DNA of 64,000 nucleotides from Vicinamibacteria bacterium (GTDB taxonomy: Bacteria; Acidobacteriota; Vicinamibacteria; Marinacidobacterales; Marinacidobacteraceae), in contig OZ241322.1 of NCBI GenBank assembly GCA_965199715.1, positions 1,408,001 through 1,472,000 on the forward strand, written 5' to 3'. The notes below the pieces were generated by a model that saw only the letters and a list, made by a program, of their open reading frames with translations, searched no databases and was not told where the DNA came from. This document shows positions 28,180 through 39,273 of the stretch, one piece after another (position 1 is the stretch's first letter; each line of letters starts with the position of its first letter). Both the position numbers and the translations under genes were made by a program.

Positions 28180-28950
28180 CTAACCAAGGCGCCCCGTGAA
28201 ACTCCGCATCGCGGCGTGGATGCCGAAGAACCGCGCGATCGGGTCCAGCCAGGCGGCGGGAAGCAGCCGGAGCAGCTTGAGCGAGTGGACGAACCACGGC
28301 AGGACCACGACCGCCCGGTCGCGCTCGACGGCGCGGATCGCCGCCGCCGCGACGCGCTCGGGTTCGAGGATCGGAAGCAGCGACGGGAAGCGCGTGCGCA
28401 CTCCGGCGAACATCCCGGTGTTCACGAAGAACGGGCACACGAGCGTCGCGCCGACCCCGGACCCGCGCAGCTCGGCGCGGACGGACTCGTGGAACCCGAC
28501 GGCGCCGAACTTGGAGGCGCAGTAGTCCGACAGCGCCGGAACCCCGACGAGGCCGCCCGCCGAGGCCATCGTCACGAGACGCCCCGAGCCCCGACGGATC
28601 ATTCCCGGCAGGAAGGCGCGGGTCGTCCAGAACAGCGCCTCGAGGTTGACCCGGAACGTGCGGCGGACATCCTCGGGGGTCAGGTCGGCGAAGCGCTTGC
28701 CCGAGACCACGCCGGCGTTGTTCACGAGCACGTCCACCGGGGGCAGCCGGTCGCGGGCGGCGAGGACCGCGTCCGGATCGCCCACGTCCACGACATCGGT
28801 CGCGAACTCCTCGCCGAGCGCGGCGAGAGCGTCCCGATCCACGTCCCACACGGCGACCCGCGCGCCCCGCGCCGCCGCCATCCGGGCGATCAGGAGGCCC
28901 ATCCCCCGCGCCCCGCCGGTGACGAGGACCTGGCGTCCCCCGAGCCTCAT
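28180..28950 (-). CDS. Short-chain dehydrogenase/reductase
   Basis: TGGARGMG, VNNAG, YCASK. Confidence 0.9.
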   Translation of the reverse strand: MRLGGRQVLVTGGARGMGLLIARMAAARGARVAVWDVDRDALAALGEEFATDVVDVGDPDAVLAARDRLPPVDVLVNNAGVVSGKRFADLTPEDVRRTFRVNLEALFWTTRAFLPGMIRRGSGRLVTMASAGGLVGVPALSDYCASKFGAVGFHESVRAELRGSGVGATLVCPFFVNTGMFAGVRTRFPSLLPILEPERVAAAAIRAVERDRAVVVLPWFVHSLKLLRLLPAAWLDPIARFFGIHAAMRSFTGRLG

Positions 28951-30353
28951 GGGAAGTACGGCCTCAGCGCCGATTCCGGGGGCGGCGGGGTGAGCCGGCT
29001 CACGACGGCTCCGGCGAGAAGCGACGCGAGCACGCCGGGGACGACCGGATGGATCAGCTCCGACCCGAACGCCCGCCAGCCGAACACGACGACCACCCCC
29101 GCGATCATGGCGGCGACGGCGCCCTCCCGCGTCAGCCGCCGCCAGTACACGCCCACCACGACCGGGACGAAGAACGCGCTGGCCATGATCGCGGTGAACA
29201 GGAGCACGATGAACTGGACCAGCTCGCCCTCGCCCACTCCGCTCAGGATCAGCGCGAGCGGCGCGGTTCCGACCAGCAGGATGCCGATGCGGGCGGCGGC
29301 GAGCCGCGCCCGGGGCGACGCCTTCGGGCGCAACGCGCCGAGGATGTCGTGCGAGAGCGCCGAGCCGGCGACGAGCAGCAGCGAGTCCACGGTGGACATG
29401 ACCGCGGACGCGATGGCGGCGAGCAGGATCGCGCCGAGGATCGGCGGCAGCGCCGCGGACGCGATCAGCGGCATCGCGATGTCGCCGCTCGGCAGGCTCG
29501 GGAAGAGCCCCATCGAGGCCAGCGCGAGCAGGAACACGAGCAGGTTCACGCCGGTGGCCACCGCCATGGCGAGAAGCAGGCCGCGGCGGATCGAGCGCTG
29601 GTCGCGCATCGCGTACAGGCGCACCAGCTTCTCCGGGGTGGCGATCCCTCCGAGCAGGAACGAGATCCCCATGGTGAACAAGAGCAAACCCGGCAACTGC
29701 CCGAAGTCGAAGGCCTCCGGACGGAGAGCCTCGACCGCGGCGAAGACCCCGGCCGGGCCGTCGAGCAGGCGCCAGACCATGGGCACGGCGACGAGCGCGC
29801 CGACCACCATCACGACCAGCTGGACGAGATCGGTGTAGACGACGGCCACCATGCCGCCGACGGCGGTGTAGGCGAGCAGGATGACGGTGAATGCGGCCAT
29901 GCCCCACGCCGGGGGCGCCCCGAACACGGTCTCGGCGATGAGGCCGCCGGCGATGACCTGCGCCTGGATGTACACCGTGGTGGCGATGAGGATCACGACC
30001 GCGGCGAGCGCGCGGGCGCGGCGGCTGTAATAGCGGCGCTCGAGGAACGCGGGAAGGGTGAGTTCGCGCGTGCGGGCGAAGCGCGGCGCGAGCGCGCCGG
30101 CCATGAACCAGTAGCTGAGCGGGATGAAGAGGACGAGCCAGGCGAATTCCCAGCCGACCGAGTGGATCACGCCCACCGTGCCGATGTAGGTGCCGGCGCT
30201 CGCGTGGGTCGCGGCGAGGGTCGCGCCCCCGAGAAACCAGCCGAGCCTTCCGCCCGCGATCCAGTAGTCGCCCTCGGTCCGGGTGCGGCGGAGCGCGGTC
30301 CACCCGATCGCGAAGATCGCGGCGAGGTAGGCGCCGAAGACGACGGCGGTCAG
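28947..30353 (-). CDS. Sodium:solute symporter (probable CTG start at 30353)
   Basis: DYWIAGG, ASAGTYIG, GGMVAVVYTD, SAVMSTVDS; many TM helices. Confidence 0.85.
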   Translation of the reverse strand: MTAVVFGAYLAAIFAIGWTALRRTRTEGDYWIAGGRLGWFLGGATLAATHASAGTYIGTVGVIHSVGWEFAWLVLFIPLSYWFMAGALAPRFARTRELTLPAFLERRYYSRRARALAAVVILIATTVYIQAQVIAGGLIAETVFGAPPAWGMAAFTVILLAYTAVGGMVAVVYTDLVQLVVMVVGALVAVPMVWRLLDGPAGVFAAVEALRPEAFDFGQLPGLLLFTMGISFLLGGIATPEKLVRLYAMRDQRSIRRGLLLAMAVATGVNLLVFLLALASMGLFPSLPSGDIAMPLIASAALPPILGAILLAAIASAVMSTVDSLLLVAGSALSHDILGALRPKASPRARLAAARIGILLVGTAPLALILSGVGEGELVQFIVLLFTAIMASAFFVPVVVGVYWRRLTREGAVAAMIAGVVVVFGWRAFGSELIHPVVPGVLASLLAGAVVSRLTPPPPESALRPYFP

Positions 30354-30445
30354 TCGGAGCGCTCCTGCCGCCGCATCCAGACCCAGTACGCGGCGAGCAT
30401 CGCGGCGAAGGCCGCGAACACGCCCCAGAACGAGAACCGGGTCAC
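30350..30445 (-). CDS. 31-aa single-TM protein, likely symporter accessory subunit
   Basis: MTRFSFWGVFAAFAAMLAAYWVWMRRQERSD; 4-nt overlaps on both sides. Confidence 0.55.
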   Translation of the reverse strand: MTRFSFWGVFAAFAAMLAAYWVWMRRQERSD

Positions 30446-30927
30446 GGGGAGCGGGTCGCCCGGAAGGCGCCGAACCCCGCGAGCGCGAGAAGCGCGGCCA
30501 GCGTGGCGAAATCGACGGCGCGGGCGAGCGTGAGCGCCGGCGCGTCGTCGGGGACCACCCGGAAGCGCAGGAACGACGGCGGGGCGGGCAGGTCGAGCCG
30601 CGTCGGGAACGGGTCCTCGACGCGGTAGCCCGCCGGGGCGTGGATCGAGCCGGCGAAATCGAGGTCCCCCGATTCGGGAAGGGGCACGGGAACCCGGAAC
30701 CAGCCGTCCGGGCCGGGCGCGACCTCGGTCTCGACCGCCCCGGCGGCGTCGGGGCGGACGGTCTCCAGTTCCCACGTCTCGCCGCGCGAAAGGGCCCGGT
30801 GCTCGGGGGCCGGCGAGCGGAAGACGGTCCGCGCCCGCCCGGCGTCGGGCGCGGTCAGGGTGACCGTGGTCTCGACGGCCGGCTGCGCTCCGGCGAGGGC
30901 GAGGACGAGCGGAAGCGCCCTCACCAT
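30442..30927 (-). CDS. Hypothetical exported protein with C-terminal TM anchor
   Basis: Signal-like MVRALPLVLALAG; hydrophobic C-terminus; operon-coupled. Confidence 0.55.
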   Translation of the reverse strand: MVRALPLVLALAGAQPAVETTVTLTAPDAGRARTVFRSPAPEHRALSRGETWELETVRPDAAGAVETEVAPGPDGWFRVPVPLPESGDLDFAGSIHAPAGYRVEDPFPTRLDLPAPPSFLRFRVVPDDAPALTLARAVDFATLAALLALAGFGAFRATRSP

Positions 30928-32120
30928 GCTTCCCGCAGCACGCGCAGCGCGTTGCCGCCCATCACCTTCGCGATGTCGTCGTCGCCGTAGCCGCGCTTCA
31001 CCAGCCAGCGCAGGATGTTGCGCGATCCCTCGACCGGGTTCTCGATGCCGGCGACGTAGGGGACGCGCTCGAAGCCGCCGCCGCTCGCCTTCTTGATCGA
31101 CAGCGCCGAGGCGTAGACCCCGTGCAGCCCGACGTGGTCGCCGAACACGGTGTCGGGCCCGAAACCGACGTGGTCGATCCCGACCAGGTCGGCCACGTAC
31201 TCGAAGTGCTCCATGAAGGAGTCGAGGTTGTGCTTCGGATGGCGCTTCGTGAGGGTGGTGTGCGGCGCCGCCTCGATCCCGATGATCCCGCCGCGCTCGG
31301 CGCAGGCGCGCAGCACGTCGTCCGGGGCCATCCGGCGGGTGTTCCACAGCGACCGCGCGCCGATGTGGGTGTTGGAGACCGGCTTGTCGCTCGCCTCGAT
31401 CACGTCGAGCGTGGTCCGGTCGCCGCAGTGCGCGGTGTCGATGAGCATCCCGACCTGGTTCATCCGGCGCACGACCTCGCGCCCGAACATGGTGAGCCCG
31501 CCGTCGTTCTCCTCCTTGAGACCGCTGCCGAGCGCGTTCGACTCGCTGTAGGTGATCCCCATCTCGCGCACGCCGAAGCCGTAGAGCACTTCGACCCGGT
31601 CGAGCTCGTTCTCGACCGGCGACGCGCCCTCGATGGCCGCCACCCACGCCAGCTTGCCCTCGGCGTGGGCGCGGAGGACGTCCTCGACCGTCTTGCAGTG
31701 GATCAGGAAGTCCTGGTGGGCGATGTCGGCGAGACGCATGCCGAGGTCGTGGAGCACCTCGTTCCACTTCCAGCCGCGCTGCGACTGGATCCGGCAGATC
31801 CCGTCGAGCAGGTTGTCGAAGACGCAGTCCCAGTCGCTCTCGGCCAGCGCGGCGAAGGGAGTGAAGACCCGCCCGTCGCGGACGTAGTCGGGCGTGTCGG
31901 CGATGGACCGGGGGAAGGAGCCCAGGTGCTCGTGGAGCGAGATCAGCACCAGCTCGGCGGCGAGCCGCTCCGCACGCTCCTCCTCGGACGCCGAGAGCGG
32001 AACCGGATGGGCGGGAAAGAGCTCCGCGTCCTCGACGAGCTCACGCGCCTGGTAGTCGGTTCCCGGGGTCAGGTAGCCGAAGGACCGGTAGCCGCCCGGC
32101 CCGACCTTGCCGCGTCCCAT
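30921..32120 (-). CDS. Membrane dipeptidase (peptidase M19, amidohydrolase fold)
   Basis: SLHEH, GLTMFG, IDTAH, GIDHVGFGPD, KVMGGNALRV. Confidence 0.85.
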   Translation of the reverse strand: MGRGKVGPGGYRSFGYLTPGTDYQARELVEDAELFPAHPVPLSASEEERAERLAAELVLISLHEHLGSFPRSIADTPDYVRDGRVFTPFAALAESDWDCVFDNLLDGICRIQSQRGWKWNEVLHDLGMRLADIAHQDFLIHCKTVEDVLRAHAEGKLAWVAAIEGASPVENELDRVEVLYGFGVREMGITYSESNALGSGLKEENDGGLTMFGREVVRRMNQVGMLIDTAHCGDRTTLDVIEASDKPVSNTHIGARSLWNTRRMAPDDVLRACAERGGIIGIEAAPHTTLTKRHPKHNLDSFMEHFEYVADLVGIDHVGFGPDTVFGDHVGLHGVYASALSIKKASGGGFERVPYVAGIENPVEGSRNILRWLVKRGYGDDDIAKVMGGNALRVLREAW

Positions 32121-32122
32121 GG

Positions 32123-33067
32123 CTAGCGGGCGAGTTGCGCAAGAAGCGCTTCGTTCCCCGGAACGTCGAGGAACTTGTCGAACTCGAGGAAGTAGTTGCC
32201 CGGGTCGTAGCCCACGAACACCTCGACCCGGTCGCTCTCGTTCACGATGCCGGTTCGGGAGCGATAGCCGGGGAAGCCGTTCAGGTGGTCGTGCCACGGC
32301 GCGACGTCGTCCACGAAGAAGCTCACCGTGACCGCCTTGTCCTCGGTGAACGAGTGCATGCCCCGGCTGGAGTCCACGAGACCGACGAAGCCGGCGCGCG
32401 ATGTGCGCAGGATCTTGGCCCAGCCCTGATCCACCGTCTCCGGCAGCCCGAGCGCGTCCATGTAGAAGTCGCGGAGCGACAGGATGTCGGGGTAGTACAT
32501 CCACACGATCATCGCCTCGAAGCCCATCCCCGGCCCGGCGGCTGCGTCCACGCCGCCGAGCGGCTCGGCGCCGTCGAGAATGGGCATGAGATCAACGTTT
32601 TCGGCGTGCGGCACGAAGCGCTCGATCTCGAGGATGTAGCCGCCCGGATCGAACACGGTGAACGCGTGGTGCGCGGCCTCCGGATCGGCGGTCGCCTCGT
32701 CGAAGCGGCTGCGGAAGTTCGCGTCGAACCCGTCGAGCCGCGCTTGCCAGTCGGCCAGCCGGTCGGTCACGAGCGCGAAGGCGACCGTCTTGGGTTCGTC
32801 GGCGCTATGCATTCCCTCCGCCTCATCGACCAGCGTGAGGTACGCGGACTCGGCGACCTGGAACATCTTGGCGAAGCCGAAGTCGGCGGCGAGCGGCAGG
32901 CCCAGCGCGTCCCGATAGAACGCCTCCGCCTCGCCGAGATCGCGGTAGTAGAGGAAGGCGTTCTGGGCGAGGATCGGCGGCAGTTCGTCGGATTCCGCGA
33001 CCTCAACCGGCTCGGGGGGCGCCCCGCAGGCGAGGGCGAGGGCGATTGCGGGGAGGGCGCGGCGCAT
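32123..33067 (-). CDS. VOC/glyoxalase-family lipoprotein (tandem domains)
   Basis: Lipobox ALAC; two FY.DALGL...DPG.Y.LE repeats. Confidence 0.75.
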   Translation of the reverse strand: MRRALPAIALALACGAPPEPVEVAESDELPPILAQNAFLYYRDLGEAEAFYRDALGLPLAADFGFAKMFQVAESAYLTLVDEAEGMHSADEPKTVAFALVTDRLADWQARLDGFDANFRSRFDEATADPEAAHHAFTVFDPGGYILEIERFVPHAENVDLMPILDGAEPLGGVDAAAGPGMGFEAMIVWMYYPDILSLRDFYMDALGLPETVDQGWAKILRTSRAGFVGLVDSSRGMHSFTEDKAVTVSFFVDDVAPWHDHLNGFPGYRSRTGIVNESDRVEVFVGYDPGNYFLEFDKFLDVPGNEALLAQLAR

Positions 33068-33114
33068 GGGCCGGAAAGTACCACCGGGGCCGGGCGATAA
33101 TCCGGCGGCCCCCG

Positions 33115-34782
33115 ATGCTCACTCGTCTCCGAATTCGGAATCTCAAGCGGTTTGAGGACGTGGACATTCCGCTGGACAGCCCGGTGCTCTTCGTGGGACC
33201 GAACAACTCGGGCAAGACCACGGCGCTACAGGCGCTGGCGCTGTGGGAACTCGGTCTGCGGCGTTGGACCGAGAAGCGGCCGCCGAACGGTGCGCCGGAA
33301 CGACGGCCGGGAGTGGCCATCAGCCACCGCGACCTGCTCTCCTCGCCCGCCCCGGATGCGAAACACCTCTGGCGTCGACTGAGAGTTCGCCGTCAGGAAC
33401 GAAGCGAGGGCACGCGTCGCACCCGGAACATCCGCATTGAGATCGTCGTCGAGGGGCGGTCCAACGGAAGCGAGTGGTCCGCGGGATTGGAGTTTGACTA
33501 CGCCAACCCCGAGTCCTTCTATTGCCGCCCGCTGCGGAATTCCAGACTCCCGGCCGAAGCGTCCGGCGTACGCATCGCCTACCTGCCGCCGATGTCGGGA
33601 CTCGCCAAGGACGAGCTGCGCCTCGAGCCGGGCGGAGTCCAGGTGCGAGTCGGCGAGGGACGGACCGCCGAGGTTCTTCGGAATTTGTGCTTCCAGGTTC
33701 ATGAGGAGAACCCGGAAGCGTGGCGCGGTCTCACGCAGGAGATTGAGGGCACGTTCGGAGTGGAACTCGAGTCTCCGCACCACATCCGTGATCGGGGGGA
33801 AATCAGGCTCGGGTACCGGGAGAACGATGTCCGCTACGACATCACTTCGTCGGGCCGCGGCCTGCTCCAGACCACGCTGCTGCTGGCGCATCTCGCGCTT
33901 CACCGCGGCTCCGTGCTCGTGCTGGACGAACCGGACGCCCACCTCGAGGTCGTGCGCCAGCGGCAAACGTACGACTTGCTCAAGCGAGTAGCGGCGCAGA
34001 GCGACAGCCAGTTGATCCTCGCGACTCACTCGGAAGTGCTGCTCGGAGAGGCGTCGGGAACCGATGAAATCATCGCGTTCGTCGGCGATCCGCACCCCAT
34101 CGGGCAACACGCCAGCGGTGTCCAGAAGGCGCTGCGGGACATCGGCTACGGCGACTACGAACGCGCCCGACAGGCCGGTTTCGTCCTCTACGTTAAGGGA
34201 ACGACCGACGTGTTGGTTCTCCGTGCGTTCGCCGAACGGCTCGGCCACACCGATGCGCTCAAGGCGCTTGACGCTGCCTTCGTCAAACCAGTCGGGAACC
34301 AGCCAATGGAAGCCGTCCGTCACTTCGTCGGCCTGCGTGAGGCTCAGCCGAGACTGACGGCGTTCGCGCTCTTCGATCGCCTGGGGCGCGGCTTGCCGGA
34401 CATGGCGAACATCCCCGCCGATACGTGGAAGCGGCGGGAGATCGAGAACTACCTCGCCTCACCCGGAACGCTGGAAGCGTGGGCGGGACAGGGGCGGGAC
34501 CTCTTCGTCGCCAACCGCCAGGAGGCGATGCGTAGCGCGATCGACGATGTCAAGAGCGCCCACCGATTCTTGCACCGCGGCGAAGAAGCCGACAGCCCCG
34601 ACGCGAAGGCCAGCGAAGTGTTCCTCCCTACCGTGTTCGACGAGTGGTTTCGGCGAATCGGACGCAGAGACGCCATGCCGAAGCGGCGGTTCCACGAACT
34701 CGCCGCCTTCATCCCCGATTCCGACCTCGACCCGGAAATAGGGCAGAAGCTCGACCGGATCGTGGCCGCCTACAGCGGCTGA
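33115..34782 (+). CDS. ABC-type ATPase + TOPRIM-like domain (OLD/AAA_15-like, putative defence)
   Basis: MLTRLRIRNLK, GPNNSGKT, LDEPDAHL, ATHS, YVKGTTD, REIENY. Confidence 0.75.
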   Translation: MLTRLRIRNLKRFEDVDIPLDSPVLFVGPNNSGKTTALQALALWELGLRRWTEKRPPNGAPERRPGVAISHRDLLSSPAPDAKHLWRRLRVRRQERSEGTRRTRNIRIEIVVEGRSNGSEWSAGLEFDYANPESFYCRPLRNSRLPAEASGVRIAYLPPMSGLAKDELRLEPGGVQVRVGEGRTAEVLRNLCFQVHEENPEAWRGLTQEIEGTFGVELESPHHIRDRGEIRLGYRENDVRYDITSSGRGLLQTTLLLAHLALHRGSVLVLDEPDAHLEVVRQRQTYDLLKRVAAQSDSQLILATHSEVLLGEASGTDEIIAFVGDPHPIGQHASGVQKALRDIGYGDYERARQAGFVLYVKGTTDVLVLRAFAERLGHTDALKALDAAFVKPVGNQPMEAVRHFVGLREAQPRLTAFALFDRLGRGLPDMANIPADTWKRREIENYLASPGTLEAWAGQGRDLFVANRQEAMRSAIDDVKSAHRFLHRGEEADSPDAKASEVFLPTVFDEWFRRIGRRDAMPKRRFHELAAFIPDSDLDPEIGQKLDRIVAAYSG

Positions 34783-35675
34783 CCCGAGATCGCGCTTCCC
34801 GCGACCTCTTCGCCGTATCGGGCGATCGCCGCATGGTCCTCGGCGGCGTGGCCGTTTTCGACCAGCGTGTGGACGAACTGCCGAACGACGGTCGTCACCG
34901 GAACCGGGCTGCCGGTGGCCTTCGCCGCGGCGAGCGCATTGTCCAGATCCTTCAGATGCAGCTTCAGCCGGAAGCCGGGCTTCCAGTCGCCGGCGATCAT
35001 CTTTTCCGCCTTGGCCTCCAGCGCGGCGCTTCCGGCGAGGCCGCCCCGGATCGCCTCCACGACGACCCGTGGATCGAGGCCGGACCGGACGGAAAGAAGC
35101 AGCGCCTCGCCGACCGCCTGAATGTTCGCCGCCACGATCAACTGGTTCGCGAGCTTGACGGTGTTCCCGGCTCCCGCCGGACCGCAGTGGACCGCGCTCT
35201 TGCCCAGCACCGAGAAGACCGGACCGAGCGCCCGGAACGCCGCCTCGTCCCCGCCCGCCATGATCGCGAGCGATCCGGCGATCGCGCCGGGCTCCCCGCC
35301 GCTCACCGGGGCATCCGCGACCGAAACGCCGCGCCCTGAGGCCGCTTCGGCGATCCGGCGGCTGCTCTCGGGCCGGATCGAGGACATGTCCGCCACCAGC
35401 GGGGACGGGGAAGCCGCTTCCAGAACCCCGCGCGGGCCAAGCATCACGAGTTCCGAGTCCGGCGAGTCCGGCAGCATCAGGATCGTCGCGTCCCGGCCCG
35501 ACGCGCACTCGGCGGGGGAGCCGGCGGCTCGCGCTCCCGCCGCGACCAGCTCCTCCACCGGCCCCGGCGAGCGGCTGTGGACCGTGAGTTCGTAACCGGC
35601 GGCGAGGAGGTTCTTGGCCATGGGTTTTCCCATGACCCCTAGCCCGATGAACCCGAGCGAGCGGAGCGGCGGCAT
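34770..35675 (-). CDS. 2-hydroxy-3-oxopropionate reductase / beta-hydroxyacid dehydrogenase
   Basis: GFIGLGVMG, DAPVSGG, KLANQ, HLKDL. Confidence 0.85.
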   Translation of the reverse strand: MPPLRSLGFIGLGVMGKPMAKNLLAAGYELTVHSRSPGPVEELVAAGARAAGSPAECASGRDATILMLPDSPDSELVMLGPRGVLEAASPSPLVADMSSIRPESSRRIAEAASGRGVSVADAPVSGGEPGAIAGSLAIMAGGDEAAFRALGPVFSVLGKSAVHCGPAGAGNTVKLANQLIVAANIQAVGEALLLSVRSGLDPRVVVEAIRGGLAGSAALEAKAEKMIAGDWKPGFRLKLHLKDLDNALAAAKATGSPVPVTTVVRQFVHTLVENGHAAEDHAAIARYGEEVAGSAISGQPL

Positions 35676-35711
35676 GGAACGAGGCTACCGCACCTGCGCT
35701 AACTTCCCATC

Positions 35712-36040
35712 ATGAGCCACTACTACCATGAGCACGACTTGGCGCGGTTCGCCGACGTGGGCAAGAACGCCCCGGAGCTGTGGGAGAAGTTCAATGCGTG
35801 GTACCGGGCGACCTTCGCCGAAGGGGCGCTCACCGGGCGGGAAAAGGCTCTGATCGCGCTCGGCGTCGCGCACGCGGTCCAGTGCCCGTACTGCATCCAC
35901 GCCTGGACCGAGGCGTGCCTCGAAAAGGGCTCCAACTCCGAACAGATGACCGAAGCGGTGCACGTGGCGTCGGCGATCCGCGGCGGCGCGTCGCTGGTCC
36001 ACGGGGTCCAGATGCGCAAGACCAACGAAAGGCTGAGCAT

Positions 36041-36044
<4 letters not shown>
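35712..36044 (+). CDS. AhpD/CMD-family peroxidase-like protein associated with ArsS
   Basis: EKALIAL..AHAVQCPYCI, GGASLVHG. Confidence 0.85.
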
Positions 36045-37051
<1,007 letters not shown>

Positions 37052-38131
37052 GTGCCCCGCGCCGCGGTATTGCCGGGCCCCGGCCGCCCGGCCGAGCTGC
37101 GCGACTTCCCGCGCCCGCGGCTCGAACCCGGCGAGATCCTGCTGGAGACGCTCGCGTCGGAGGTCTGCGGCACCGACGTCCACCTCCGCCACGGGCGCCT
37201 CGCCGGGGTTCCCTACCCGGTGATCCCGGGCCATGTGAGCATCGGGCGCATCCTCGAGACCGCCGGAGCCCGTGAGGACGCCTCCGGCGCACCGATCGGG
37301 CCGGGCAGCGTGGTCACGTTCTTCGACGTGCACGGAGCCTGCGGCGCGTGCCACTTCTGCCTCGTGGCCCGCGCCCCGAACCGCTGCCCGTCAAGGCGGG
37401 TGTACGGCATCACCGAATCGGCGGACGACGGGCTTCTCGGCGGCTGGGCCGAGGAGATCTGGCTGCGGGCCGGAGTCCGCACGGTCGCGCTCCCGGAAGC
37501 GCTCTCGGTGGACGACTTGATCGGCGGCGGCTGCGGCCTGTTCACCGGGTTCGCGGCGGTGGACCGCGCCGGAATCCGCCTCGCCGAGACGGTCGCGGTG
37601 CAGGGAATCGGGCCGGTGGGCCTCGCGGCGATCGCGTTCGCCCGCGCCGCCGGGGCCGGAACCATCGTCGCCCTCGGCGAACCGGCGGCGCGCCGGGAAC
37701 TGGCGCTCGCGATGGGGGCCGATCTGGCGTTCGCGCTGGACGACCCCGACCGCGCGGCGGCGATCCGGGATCTGACGCTCGGGCACGGGCCCGACATCGT
37801 CATCGAGGCCAGCGGAAACCCTCGCGCCGTCCCCGAGGGCCTCGAAATGGTCCGCGACGGGGGCCGCTACGTGGTCGTGGGCCACTACACCGACGCCGGC
37901 GCGATCGAGGTGAACCCCCACACGATGATCAACCGGAAGCACGTCGAGATCCGCGGGCAGTGGGGCAGCGAGTTCCACCACTGGCGCCGCGCGCTCGACG
38001 TGCTCGTGCGGCGCCGGGACGCGATCCCGTTCGCCCGCGTGATCGGGAAGCGCTACCGGCTGGAGCAGGCGAACGAGGCGCTCGACGACGTGGAGGCGCT
38101 CAGGGTCACCAAGGCCATAATCGTCCTCTAG
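37052..38131 (+). CDS. Zinc-binding alcohol dehydrogenase
   Basis: CGTDVH, PGH, CGACHFC..C, GIGPVG. Confidence 0.85.
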   Translation: MPRAAVLPGPGRPAELRDFPRPRLEPGEILLETLASEVCGTDVHLRHGRLAGVPYPVIPGHVSIGRILETAGAREDASGAPIGPGSVVTFFDVHGACGACHFCLVARAPNRCPSRRVYGITESADDGLLGGWAEEIWLRAGVRTVALPEALSVDDLIGGGCGLFTGFAAVDRAGIRLAETVAVQGIGPVGLAAIAFARAAGAGTIVALGEPAARRELALAMGADLAFALDDPDRAAAIRDLTLGHGPDIVIEASGNPRAVPEGLEMVRDGGRYVVVGHYTDAGAIEVNPHTMINRKHVEIRGQWGSEFHHWRRALDVLVRRRDAIPFARVIGKRYRLEQANEALDDVEALRVTKAIIVL

Positions 38132-38133
38132 CG

Positions 38134-39018
38134 ATGCCGGAGAACGTCTCGCGCAAGTCGGGCAGCCGGACCGCGCAGCTCGTCGCCGCAGTCCGCGCCG
38201 GTCACTACTTCCAGGACCCCGAACCCCACATCCTCGACGATCCGTTCGCGGTCCATTTCGCGGGGCCGCTCCTGAGCCTCGTCGCCCGCAACCGCCTCCT
38301 CCACCGGCTGGTCGCGAAGGGCGTTCTCGGGAAGTACCTGCCCATCCACCGGTGGGTGCTGGGCCGGGCGCGATTCGTGGAGGAGGCGCTGGACGCCGCC
38401 GTCCAGCGCGGCGTGGACCAGTACGTCATTCTCGGATCCGGGTTCGATTCGTTCGCGCTGCGTCGTCCGGACCTCCCGGCGACCATCTTCGAGGTGGATC
38501 TCGCGGCGACCCATGCGCGCAGGCGCCGCCGGTTGAAGGCCGCCGGCCTGGAGGCGCCGGAGAACGCTAGGGCGGTGGACGTGGACTTCGAGCGGGACGA
38601 CCTCGCCGAGCGGCTCCGGGCGAACGGCTTCCGGGCCGACCGGCGCTGCTTCGTCAACTGGATGGGCGTGACCTACTACCTCGCCCGGAACGCCATCGAG
38701 TCCAACCTGCGGACGCTCGAGGCGCTGGCGGCGCCGGGTTCCGAGCTCGCCTTCGACTACGCGGTCCCGATCGACGACCTGGCGCCGGACGACCGGAACG
38801 TCGCCGAAGCGTTGCTCCGGCTGCTCGCGAGGGAGGGAGAGCCCTTCGTGAGCCACTTCGATCCGGACCGCCTGCTCGGCGATCTTTCGCTCGGCGAGCG
38901 CTGGGAGCCGCTCGCGCATCCGTCGGCGGACGAACTCAGGCACCGTTACCAGCCGGGCGTGCCCGGTCCGTGGGCGCCGTTCTTCCGGTTGCCGCTGCTT
39001 CGCCGCCGGGGTGGATGA
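38134..39018 (+). CDS. SAM-dependent methyltransferase (LCM family)
   Basis: SRTA...A..RA, QYVILGSGFDS, FEVD, GVTYYL. Confidence 0.85.
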   Translation: MPENVSRKSGSRTAQLVAAVRAGHYFQDPEPHILDDPFAVHFAGPLLSLVARNRLLHRLVAKGVLGKYLPIHRWVLGRARFVEEALDAAVQRGVDQYVILGSGFDSFALRRPDLPATIFEVDLAATHARRRRRLKAAGLEAPENARAVDVDFERDDLAERLRANGFRADRRCFVNWMGVTYYLARNAIESNLRTLEALAAPGSELAFDYAVPIDDLAPDDRNVAEALLRLLAREGEPFVSHFDPDRLLGDLSLGERWEPLAHPSADELRHRYQPGVPGPWAPFFRLPLLRRRGG

Positions 39019-39082
39019 GGGGACTCGAACCCCCAACCACCGGAACCACAATCCGGTGCTCTGCCGTTGAGCTACATCCACC
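39010..39082 (-). tRNA. tRNA-His(GTG)
   Basis: G-1 GTGGATGTAGCTCA...CCGGA TTGTGGT TCCGG...GGTTCGAGTCC. Confidence 0.95.
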
Positions 39083-39088
39083 AGCCGG

Positions 39089-39161
39089 CGCGCCAGGGAG
39101 GACTCGAACCCCCGACCATCGGCTTAGAAGGCCGCCGCTCTATCCACTGAGCTACTGGCGC
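39089..39161 (-). tRNA. tRNA-Arg(TCT)
   Basis: GCGCCAGTAGCTCAGTGGATAGAGC...CTTCTAA...GGTTCGAGTCC. Confidence 0.95.
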
Positions 39162-39182
39162 GTCGCGACGCCGGCCGGTCAC

Positions 39183-39259
39183 TGGTCGGGGCGGAAGGAT
39201 TCGAACCTCCGGCTTCCTGCTCCCAAAGCAGGCGCGCTGCCAGACTGCGCCACGCCCCG
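39183..39259 (-). tRNA. tRNA-Pro(TGG)
   Basis: CGGGGCGTGGCGCAG...TTTGGGA...GGTTCGAATCC...ACCA. Confidence 0.95.
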
Positions 39260-39273
39260 AGAAGCAACGGCGG

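Noticed and set aside
39001-39020. Methyltransferase 3' end overlapping the tRNA-His 3' end as a possible att site
   Set aside because: No integrase and no second copy of the tRNA end found in the window
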